Shown here piece after piece: positions 11,801 to 23,800 of a stretch of DNA of 64,000 nt. The translations under genes and the position numbers were made by a program. Source of the DNA: Ramazzottius varieornatus (taxonomy: Eukaryota > Animalia > Tardigrada). The stretch is from positions 1 through 64,000 of the forward strand of contig BDGG01000022.1 of the NCBI GenBank assembly GCA_001949185.1, given 5' to 3'. How positions within the stretch are numbered: position 1 is the stretch's first letter; every line of letters begins with the position of its first letter. The notes under the pieces are model-generated. The model saw nothing but the letters and a program-made list of their open reading frames with translations, was not told the DNA's origin and searched no databases.

Positions 11801-14800
11801 ACTTGAGGAAATGGGCAAAGCGGCAAAAGTTTTTTTTGGAGCGGCGCATATTTTTAGCCAATAACACTGCGAATATGCGTCACTTTTAAGGATCGAATTT
11901 TGTCTACCGAGCTGTTGAAGCCCGATGAGCTAAGCTGGAAGCAGCTTCTTGCAGTCATGCTGGGTATTTGGCCTTGATGGATGAGGAAACTTGTCGGAAT
12001 GGAGCGAGGGAGGTGTGTTGTTGTAGCGCTTCAGGGGAATGCAGGGAATTTGCAAAGTGACAAACTGTGACAGTTGTCTTCCTCGTTGACTGCAATAGCG
12101 TTGGGCCAAGGGAAAGTCTTCGTAAGTACGTTAATTGGAATTGGAGATGTGGGCTGACGGGGGCTGGAGGGATGAAGAAGGGGATAAGACGATGGACGTT
12201 TGAGATTTCATCGACTATCGATTTGCCCTATTTAGCTCCACGATAGGCTTTGTGAGCAGTTGTGGAGTAGCGGCTGTTGAACGGTCATGCCTGACTGACT
12301 TTGACTAGCTTGACGTTGTTCCCCCTACGTGGATCGAGCTTCCTGGTCGAACGGAGAACTCGTCCAATATTCTGTCGACGAAGAACCTCTGCCGCGTGAA
12401 CGACACGGAATTACACAATATATTACCCAGAAAGTCTTCGCCGATCTCTGTAGAGATTCGCGGCTGAGAATTCGTACACTTTAACTGAAATCTCAAATTT
12501 GAAGAGCCGTACAGTTGTCAGCTTTAACTGAAGTTGAATATACACAATAATGTCTGTTGGACAAAGAGTGATATTTGTGCTTGTCTGTTGCAGTGGTGGA
12601 TTCTCAGCGAGTGACGATCAAGGTGCAAGACGACAACGACACTCCTCCGCACTTCATCAACGCCCCGCGTCCCTTCCAAGCCGTGGTGCCCATCAACGCC
12701 CCCGAGAACAGCCCTGTCTTCCGCTTGGAAGCCATCGACCCCGACGCCAACGCGCTTCTGCGCTACAAGCTGACCAGGGACCAGTCCGACGGGCGCTTCG
12801 TCGTCGACGAAGTGACGGGCGACATTCGGACCAAGGGCAAAGCCGACATTGTCCAGGATCGCGAGTACGTCATCTATGTCCGCGCCGAGGACCGCCATGG
12901 CCACAACCAGTTCACCGAGGAGGAAAGAGTCTCGATTGTCGGGGGAAGACGACCGCCTCAGTTCTATGAACAGCAGTATGTCGTCAACGTCCCCGAAAAC
13001 AAGGCTCCCAAAAGCAGGTAAAAATTGGCCAAACAGAATCGACGCTCGGCAATCAAAGGCGACAAGATTTCATTCCAGATGGCGCACCCTGGCAGCCAAT
13101 GACACTGCAGACGTGCGCCACTGGCAAAGTCGATCTTCCCCAGTTTGTTTGCCGAGCTCGCAAAGATAGATTGAAAAAGTATGTTCGATCAATGGTTAGA
13201 AAGAAAACTAGAAAGATGAGTAAAGGATATTAAAACGTGAGAATGTTTTTTGGTTTGGAAACTTCAATTGTGCCGGCTGTTTTTATCGCGACATCATGAG
13301 ACAATTGCGTTACCGGAACAGCGGGGTAGAAAAATGATAGGTAATAATTGAGGCGATGATTAATTCATTCGACAACGTCGGCTGTGATGTCTATTGGTGG
13401 CTCTCGTATTGATTAACGTCGAAAGTGTTGTGTGGGCGATAAAGCGACGGTGGAAAGAATACGGAGCACAGTAGCTGACAGATGAGGAAGGTGAGCTTTA
13501 AGTGGAATGACAAGCTATAATGGCCAGCAGACACAAGTCACAAGATGGAAAAGGTCCGTCAAAAGCTAGACGATGAGCTACGACTGTCATTAATACCTCA
13601 ACTTGACTTCACAAGAAGAAAAAACGAAACGAAGTTGAGAGGTGAGACTTGAGCAGACTTGTCCGTGAATGGCTTGGATGAGCTTTCCCGAGCTGGTCTA
13701 TTATCACACGCAACAATGACCTGTCAAACATTCGAGCGAGTCTACCATCTTTCATGGAGTACTCACTCATCAAAAGCCGGTAGAAAAAAAGAATGAAATT
13801 GCAAACTTGAGAAGGAGAGATTTTGGACTAATTTGAATGTGTGTGGTTTCGTTGCAGTATCATTTCGGTACGAGCCCGCAGTTTTGCCGAGAAACAAATT
13901 CAGTACTTTCTGGACAATGACGACTCGAGCATGTTCAAGATCGAAGCCAAGTCGGGGGACATTACGCTGGAGAAGCCGCTAGACTATGACGACCCACGGC
14001 AGCCCAAGTCGTACCTGCTGACGCTGGTGGCCAAAGAGAGCGGCGGCATGAGCACTTCCGTCCGCCTGACCATCAACGTCAAGGACGTCAATGACAACGC
14101 CCCCAAGTTTACCCTCCCCATCTACCAGGAATGGGTCAACGAGGACATCTCTACCGAAACCAGCATCACTTCCGGTACCACCACTTTTCATTTATTCTTT
14201 GATATCGAGCCTGAGGAAAGATTGTTTTTCCAAGTGGCGCATTGTCTTGACCAGTAACCCTGAAGAAGTGCGCCACTCGTAACTGGGAATTTTTCGAGTT
14301 TTTTTGTTTACGGAGCTGATGTCATCTTCGAGTTTTCCCTGCAGTGACGGCTCTGGATCCGGACGAAGGCGATAACGGCGACGTGGTCTACTCCCTCAAT
14401 GATCCAACCTTCACCATCCGCAAAGTGGGGAACGCCGGAGTGATCTACGCAGCGAAGCGATTAGATGCCGATCGCGTCAAGCAATACGAAGTACTGGTGA
14501 CAGCCACGGACCGCGGGACGCCCGTCCGCTCTTCGACCAGCACCGTCCGTATCTTCACCTTCAACACCAACGACGAAGTGCCCACCTTCAGCCAGATGGT
14601 CTACACGGCCAGTCTGGAGGAGAACGCCCAGCCCAACGCCGTGGTGGCCACCGTCTACGCTACTGACATCGATGGGGACATGGTCACGTATGGGTTTGTG
14701 GGGACCGGCACGGCGGTGGGACAGTTCGTCATCGACAAAGACACCGGTATTTGAACCTGCAGTCCAATTACGCTGTGCGGACGGTTAATGAGGTTTCGTC

Positions 14801-17800
14801 TGTTTGTTGTAGGGGTGATCCAATTGTGGAATCAACCGGTGAGACTGGACCAGGACAAGTACGAACTGAACGTGACGGCCAGCGATGATGGCTCGTGTTG
14901 TAAGGGCCATACCAGCGGCATGAGACATACCAGCACGGCCTTGGTTATTGTCTCCGTCACCGATGTAAATGACAACAAGCCGGTCTTTACCAATTGCTCG
15001 GAATACGAACGCAAGCGACCCACCGTCATGGAAGAGCAACCTCAAGGCACATACGTCACCACGGTAAACATTCAAACTAGCTTAGATACACCTGCATACT
15101 GTTGGCCGGACAGTCCTCATTAAATCGGAGTATGCAGGAAGATGCAAAAGTCAGCATAAGCACCTGCATACTGTCAGCCTGTTGGTACCCGTTATACCGG
15201 AGTATGCAGGTGACTGCAGAGTCGGCGTTTTGCTTCGTGGGACGGAAGAGTGGAACAATAGATGCAAAAAATAATTACCAGTGCTTTTCCAGGTTCATGC
15301 CATCGATCAAGATTCGGGGATGAACGGGAAAGTCACCTACGAAATCGAGAAGGACTTTCAGCAAGCGCAGCGCTTCGATATTGATGCCGAGTCGGGTGTC
15401 ATCACGACCAGAGGGCGCTTCGATCGTGAAAGCAGTCGCTACGTCTCGGTTACCGTCATCGCCAAGGACAGCGGCATCAGGCCGCTGATCGGCATATGCT
15501 CGTTCCAGGTGGAGCTGCTGGACGAGAACGACAATCCACCAGTCTTTGAGCGAACTCAGTACGACGCAGCCTGTCAAGAAGTGCCGTGGATTCTAATAAC
15601 ATGACTGTTTTGGTCGTAGATACGAAACGACGGTCAGACAGGACAGGAAGAAAGGTCCGGTCATTGCAGTCATCGCCACGGACGCCGACGCGGGAAGAAA
15701 CGCCGAGATTGAGTACTCGCTGGACCCCAGTGAAATCATGTCGCAGAAGCTCTTTGGCATTGACAAAGACACCGGCTGGATTTACCTCAAAGAATCCTTG
15801 CCGGCTTCGCCTCGACAGTACGACATGGTGGCTATTGCCAGTGATAAAGGTACACAGCTGAATAACATACTTTGAAAAAGTCCGATCATCTTAAAGGTTA
15901 CAAAAAAATGTAGAAAAAACACTCGTCAGGAAAACTAGTAGAGGCGTTTTTCCCAAGTGGCGCACACTCCATACTACGAACACTGTGACGGTGCGCCACT
16001 TGGAAACACAAACAAACCCGACAAGATCGTTGCTAAGTGGCGCACGCTTTCAGTGATTAACACTGGGAACGTGCGCCACTTTGGAAAACGATCTTGTCAA
16101 ATTTGTTTGCCGAGGTCCTACATATTGGCATACAGTTTGGGAAATGTTAGAAACATTCAGTAATCGTTTGGGATGTGTAGGTGAGCGTTCGTTGAGTGGA
16201 AGAGTGCCGGTGACGATTCGCATCACGGACGTGTCCAGTCGTCCGCCAAAGTGGGTGCAAGCGCCCAAGTCCATCGCCATCAACGAGACGATCCAACGCA
16301 ACTACGTCGTCACCACCCTCAAGGCCATCTCCGAAATCCCCTCCAACAAGCGCATCTTCTACGAACTGCTCAACGGCAACACCCTCGATAGAAACAAGGA
16401 CCAGCACTTTTTGCTGACTCGCAGGAAGGACGACAAGGGTGACGACATTGCCGAACTGGTCGTCTACAAGCCGCTGGACTACGAGACTACGCCCAAGTAC
16501 AACTTGACCATCCAGGCCAAGAACGATCTGGAGCCACAGCTGGATGAAACCATCAATGTCGTCGTCGAAGTCATCGATCAAAATGACGAAGTGCCGCTCT
16601 TTGAACGAAGCCCGGTGTTGAGTATCCTGGAAGACGAACCGGCCAGAACCATCGTCGGACAAGTCAAAGCCAAGGACAGCGATATCGACGCTAGGTTCCG
16701 GTTGGTACCTCCAGACTGTAGCTTACGATCTGAAGAAATACGTTGGAATAAACAATATAATGAAAAGAAATAGTCTCAGTGACGGTAAACAAACTCAACA
16801 AGATCGTTTTATCAAGTGGCGCACGCTACTAGGTAGTAACACTGGAGACGTGCGCCGCTTGAAGTAATCGATCTTGTACGTTTCGTTTGCCGACCTTTCA
16901 GTTGCAAGAAATAAAGCCTCAATATTTTGACAGGACCATCACGTACGCCATCGATCCGGAGAACGGCAACGGCGACTGGAAACATTTCGACATTGACCCG
17001 AAGGACGGGACGATCCGTTCAAAAAGCAGCTTTGATCGCGAGCACAAGTCCAAGTACACGCTGGCCGTCATCAGCAATGACGGCCATCCCTCGGCCATCC
17101 CCAACATTCAAGGGCCCAACAAGAACCAAATCTACGTCCGCATAGAGATCGGCGACAAGAACGACAACGTGCCCTTCTTCGAACAGCCGCTTTACGAAGC
17201 TTCCGTCCAGGAAAGCGCTCCTGTCGGTCATACCATCATGCAGGTACGTACTGTATACTGTATTCCGCCTGCAGCGAAGGCTGTATTGAGGTTCTTGTCG
17301 TTACAGGTGCTAGCCAAGGATAAGGACGAGCTGAACAACCTCCGTTACCAGATCACTCGTGGTAACGTCGGTGGTGTCTTTGCCGTGCAGCCATCGACTG
17401 GCGTGGTGTATTTGAACGGCGAGCTGGACTATGAGACGTTGAGAGACTACAATTTGGTCTTGGTGGTCTCTGATGGCGCTCACCAGAACGAGACGCATCT
17501 TCACATCGTCGTCCAGGATGTCAACGATATCGCCCCACAGTTTACCAGCAAGGTACCTTGGTCAATTCTTTTCATGACGAACTACACTTTGAAAACCTTG
17601 GTGGCCGTTCTTAGGTTTACACGGCGTCGTTGATGGAAGAAGATGCTAGTGGCTTACCGAAGGAACTGTCCTTCACACCGGCCATCAACGCCGTGGACGG
17701 GGATAGTGCGCGCAACGACCCCATTCGCTACTCGTTAGTCGGACAGGGCGTGGGCGATGTCTTCGTCATTCCTGACGATCGATACCCCAAGATTCTCGTC

Positions 17801-20800
17801 ACCAAGCCATTGGACCGCGATCCACCCAAGGGTGACCCCGTCTGGACCTTCACCATCCTGGCTAAAGATGAAGACGGCAAAGGCTTGACAGGTAGTACCA
17901 ATAATATCGGCGAATTAGCTAAACATGATTGTCTTTCCAAGTGGCGCACCTCTCAAGCCAATATCACCGAGAGCGTGCGCCACTTGGGAGACAGCAAAGC
18001 CAAATTACTGAGATTTAATCTGTGGTTTTCTTTTGGCAGGTTATGCCGACGTGAAGGTGAACTTGATCGACATCAACGACAACGACCCGCTGTTCCCGGC
18101 AGTTAAGACCATGGGTGGCGTGCGGGAGAACTCGCCGGTGGGTACTCGAGTCATGACGATGTCGGCCATTGACTATGACGACCCTTCGGCCGACCGCAAT
18201 GCCGTGGTCCGCTACGACATTCTTCGTAACGTTATGGGCGATAATGGGCAGCCCATCTTTGAGATTGACGCCGAGAGTGGCGTCATCAAGACGGCTTGGG
18301 CTGGTCTCGATCGCGAAAGGGTGCCCTCGTACTCTATCGTGGTCAGAGCGACGGATGGAGGAGCCAGAACGGGTACCGGAACAGCCAGCATCGAACTACA
18401 GGTATGCAACCACATTACACAGCTGGGAACGAGTACACAGATTCGATCGTTTGCCTAAATGGAGCACGCTTCGGCCAGTTACACTGTAAAGGCGCGCCAC
18501 GTGAAGAAACAAGCACACTGGGCAAAATTGTTTTTCCCAAGCGGCGCACTCTATCATTGTTAAAGACCGAAAGTATGCGCCACTTGGGGAAGATGATCTG
18601 GTCAATTTTGCTGATGTCGACGTTCATTCCTTTTGCGGCTGGTCGCTTGTGGGATCGGACTTGAGGGATAGATTGTATTGCGGGTATGTTGTAGGACGAG
18701 AACGATTCGCCACCCAAGTTTCAGCGGAAGCTGTACACGCAGTCCATCGACGAGACACCGGGTTCCATCCTTCCCGACAATTCGGTGCTAGACGTGGGCG
18801 TTAACGACGCCGACATCACCAATAACTTTGTCTACGGCATTGTCCAGCCCTGCGCGGCCGACGAGTACGGCTGCGAACACTTTTACATGAACGCCAACCG
18901 CGATGGCTCCGGCTCCCTCTTCGTCCTGAAGCCACTGGTAGGAACTGTCCATCTTCGGTTTGGTCAGGTGGGCAGATGACCTGAAGTCGGGGTTTTGGTT
19001 GCAGGACTTTGAAAACGAGCGGGATAGAGCCGGCTTCAAGTTCCGAATCTTTGTCAATGATCAGGGTGACTTGTCCCGCCCCAAGGACACGGCACAAGTC
19101 CACATTACCCTCAATGACATTAACGACAACCCGCCCAAGTTCGAAAAGCACTCCATCCGTGTTCAGGTAAACGCTTAGCCTGGTGCTGTATGTTGCTGTA
19201 CCAAGCATAGACGTCTACCTTTTGAACAATTCAATGCTGTCACATTAGTAGTGGTCTCTAATGCGTAGAAAAAAGGCTGAATTGGCTGATGAGTTTGATC
19301 AATACTAGTCTTGTCAAGTTGAACAAGAAGACAGTGGCGGTGTAAAACTATAGTATAATGTCGAAAACTACAGGATAACGGTTTTTTGGTGGATGGTGGT
19401 AGGTGTTGGAAGATGTGGCAGTTGGGCATGAGCTGGCCAAATTTAAGGCAACCGACGCTGATAACGACGGCAAGTCGCAAGTCCACTACCGTATCAAACG
19501 CTCAACGGACCCCGGCCGACAGTTCACCATCGGTCCCGACGGCATTGTTAAGGTAGAGGGACTGCACATTAAAGAGAAGTGGTTGTGTAGATTGATCATG
19601 TGAGGTGTTTTGCAGGTGCAACAACCGTTAGATCGGGAGAAGACGGAGACGCATTACATTGAGATCTTGGCCGTGGATGACGGGTCGCCGCGTCTGACAG
19701 CCACCGCCACCTTGACCGCCCACCTGTTGGACGTCAACGACAACCCACCGCGCTTCGCTCAAGACTACAACCCCGTCATCTTTGAGAACGAACCACCCGA
19801 ACAGTTGATTGCTGAATTGAGCGCCGTCGACCCCGATAGCGGCGTCAACCATGGCGGACCTTTCACCTTCTCCCTCCCCAACCCCGATCGAAATCCCACT
19901 TTCGAACACTTCCGGCTGGTACGTACTGTCCCGGTACTTGCATGACGCGACCATTCGGCCAAATGGAAGTTTGAAAAAGAAACTGGACAAGATCGTTCTC
20001 AGAAGTGGCGCACGTTTCGGCCTTACTGGCTGCAAACGTGCGCTAGTTTGGAAAACAGTTGTGTTGCCTTTCCAAGTGGCGCGAGGCTTTCCTGTTATGC
20101 GCTGTGAAAGTGCGCCACTTGCAAATACGATCCAGTCGAGGTGTTTGGCCTAGGTTTCAAATGTTTCGTTGTTTCTGCAGGTGCCGAAGCAGGCAGGCGG
20201 AGCCAATGGCAATGGCTCGGCCTTGGTCTACTCTAAGCAGAGCTTTGACAGGGAGGACCGAAAGTATTATTACGTACCTATCATCATCGAAGACGTCGGC
20301 GGATTATCGGGTAAAGTTTCAATTCAATACAAAGAGAATGCTAGTGGATATCAATAACATCCTTCCTTTGGTGGGTTTGTAGGAACGAGTACGTTAACGG
20401 TGACGATCGGTGATCGCAACGACAATGAGATGTTCCCCGGGACGAAGGAGATTTTTGTCTACAACTACATGGACAAGATGCACAATGCGCAGATTGGGCG
20501 CGTGCATGTGGAGGACAAGGATGACTGGGACTTAGATGACAAGACCTTCGCTTGGACGCCCGACAGCCAGCCCGACCCGGCCTTCGAGCTGAACGCCGCC
20601 ACCGGCATGATCACCATGAAGCGCGGCGCTCGACAGGGCCAGCACCGCTTCTCTGTCGACGTGGAAGACCGACAATTCCACCAGAAAGTCACATCGACCG
20701 TCCTGGTCAATGTCTTGACTATCAGCGAGGAAGCCGTCCAAAAGTCAGGCTCCATCCGCCTCACAGGTACTCACTTCCAATCAACGATTTCTTCAAATGA

Positions 20801-23800
20801 GAATTATCTGATAATTATTGATAATTAGCCAGGTTCAGTCTAGAGTTGGGGTTCGAGGAAATATTCCATATCCGTTTTCTTGCAGGGATAAGCGCCGAAG
20901 AGTTCATCCAGGTGGGTGCGGACGGCAAGTCCAAGTACGAGCAGTTCAAGGCCCTGATCAAGGAGTTGACGGGTGCGCGGGAAGTGGAAATCTTCTCGGT
21001 GATCTCTCCCGATCGCGTCAAGCCACCCGTCACCGACATCCGCTACGCTGCTCACGGCTCGCCCTACTACTCGCCCGTCCTCCTTGACGGCCTTATGGAG
21101 CTCAACCGCGATGAGCTCGAGTCCAGGCTGGGTGTCACCGTGGATATGGTCCCCATTACCTTCTGCTCCGACGACGTCTGTGAAGAGGTGCGAAGCGTAT
21201 GGAGCTGTAGAGAAACAGAAAGCCTTTCCACAGTTTGGTTTACCGTCCTACCGAATATGTTTGTCCCTTCAGGTGGCGCACCTGGTCACCCTTATTAGCC
21301 GACAGCGTGCGCCACTTGGGATAACCGATGCTGTCGAGTTCGTTTGTTTTATCAAGTGGCGCACGTTGTTATTGTTATTATCTGGACGCGTGCGCCACTC
21401 GGAAAGAATGATCTTGTTTGAATGTCCCAGACCATTTTGGATTTTCGTAGGGTTGTGTAACGCTGCATTCGGTTCCGTTAGACGATGTGTCTTCCCTAGT
21501 CAACGCTAACCAGACGGCGCTGCTGAGCGTCAACATCAAGCATGAGCGGAAGTGTGTTTGCAAGGGTCGCGACTTCCGGGAGGCGGCATCGTGCGCTACG
21601 ATGACGTGCTACAACGGTGGTATCTGTCGGGACGACTGGGAACCACACCCCTACTGCGAATGTCCCGAAGGCTATGACGGACCCAGCTGCCAAAAGACGA
21701 CGCGAACATTCCGGGAAAACGGGTAAGGGCAACTGGCTAGACTGTAATGCAGGCAGGATTTGTAGGGTGTCGCTGTTCCATCTTCCAAAAACTGCTGCAA
21801 CGCCGTCGACCTGGCACCACTGTAACACGTTCTTAAAGCTCAATATAACAAGAAAAGGTTGATAAATTGACAAAGTAGGAGGAGACGAAGGGGGAAATGG
21901 TTGCTGGTGGACAAACAGTCCACCCACGAGTGCCTCCTGCACTGACAGACTGTGATATTCTTGCACGAAACAATGCTAAGAGCAGTGATTGACGCTGGAA
22001 GTAACCGACAAGTACCAGTGACTGAAGTGTGGAAGAATACTAGGTTGGAATACAGGCGGTGAAACTGGGTTTGACATTTGAGCTCAGCCTCAAACGGCTG
22101 TTGGGTCTGCCTTCTAACAACTGCCAACTTTGGACTTTGGGCTGAAGACACTGCTTGCTGTTGATGTCAAGTGCAGATGTAGTAAATCAATCAGGATGCT
22201 GTTCTTGAGCTGTCGTTGAGCTGTTCTTTCTTGCAGGTTTGCCTGGTTCCCGACGTTGGAACAATGTCTGGATTCACATTTGAGTCTAGAGTTCATGACG
22301 GAAGCCAAGGAAGGCTTGCTGCTGTACAATGGGCCCATCGGACCGCAGCGGCCCGACAGCCGCTCGGACTTTGTGGCTGTCGACCTCTACAACGGGCGAC
22401 CGCGGGTCCACATTGACTTGGGTGTGGGAGCACCGCTGGTTCTGGAGGTGGCCACCAAACGAAGCTTGAGCGATGGCTCCTGGCATCGTCTGGACGTCTA
22501 CTGGTCCAGCCAGAATGTCCGTATCGTGGTGGACTGGTGCAAAGAATCCAACATCACCGACCCGGACGAAGGTAATGACATACGGGAACTTGGCCAACAA
22601 ACTCGGCAAGATTACTTTCCCAACTGGCGCACGTCGGCAGTGTTGCTGGCTAGTAGTGTGCGCTACTCAGAAAAGCAATCTTGTCGGTGTTGTTTGCCTT
22701 AGTCTTGCTTGATATTCTTAGCTTCCGGTCATCCTTCTGAATATTGTGTTGGTAGCGCGTCCGTTGACATGGTTTGTTGTTGTTGATTGTAGGTCGTTTT
22801 CCAGTGAACGATCTGTCGACATGCGAAGCCCGCGGAAGCACGCTGGGTTTCCAGACGGGCCTCAATGTTCACCAGCCAACGCAGATCGGTGGTGTCAACG
22901 GCAAGACGGGCTCAGCTGGAGGATTCACACCCCGAAGCTTCGTGGGCTGCATCAAGGAAGTCATCTTCAACGGCAACATGTACGACATGGCTTCCACCGG
23001 CTATGCCAAGGACTCGACGGTACGTATTCGTCTACCACATTCTCCCATGTAGCACGTATGTCATGTCATGTCAGGTCATATTTGATAAGTAATGTGTTAT
23101 GATTGTAGATTGGCTGCGCGCCTTCGGACGAGCAGTGTGGTTCCAACGAGTTGTCGTCCGTCAACAGTCGCTGCATCAACGGCCAATGCATCGGCACCTA
23201 CTACACCTTCCACTGCGAATGCTATCCCGGCTTCCGAGGAGAATCGTGTAATTTCCGGACTAAGGAAAAGTCCTTTGAGCGCAGGAGCTTCATGCGCTTG
23301 GAGCTGGCCTTCGAGACCAACGACTACCTCAGCTCCTTACAGCTCATGTTCAGAACGAGAAAAGCCTTTGGCCAGATCTTTGCCGCCACAAGTTTGGGCG
23401 GAGGAGAGTATCTCATTTTGGAGATTAGAAACCATACGCTGCATTTCCGTTATGACTTGAACCCCAACAAGAACGAGGTTCGTATCACGAAAAGAAGAGC
23501 AATTTGGACAAGGAGTTAAGTGAGACATGCCCTTTGTGTTTGTAGGAATATATTCTGACCTTGAAAGAATACGCAGTGGACGATGGGCGCTGGCACACGG
23601 TCAGAGTGTACCGCTATGGAGCGGACGCCGTCATGACCATCGATGGAGGCGATGGACGACGCTATGGCGAGCTGATAAGTCCCCTATCGGCCACTCATCG
23701 CAAGATGCACCTACAAAAGGAAGCTACCATCGGAGCTCGAGTCCAAGAACGTGGAACGGCCGAGTTTGAAGTCGTCTTTGACTTTGAAGGGTACGTTGAT

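Noticed and set aside
14175-14344. Family-1 element as an introner (intron-creating transposon)
   Set aside because: Donor and acceptor sites lie in unique flanking sequence outside the palindrome, and host introns differ in length and ends. The element sits within introns rather than constituting them.
16147-16662. Long antisense ORFs over cadherin, CFAP96-like and Kv exons (e.g. 16147-16662, 40270-40947, 43182-43661)
   Set aside because: Shadow ORFs caused by codon bias of the true coding strand.
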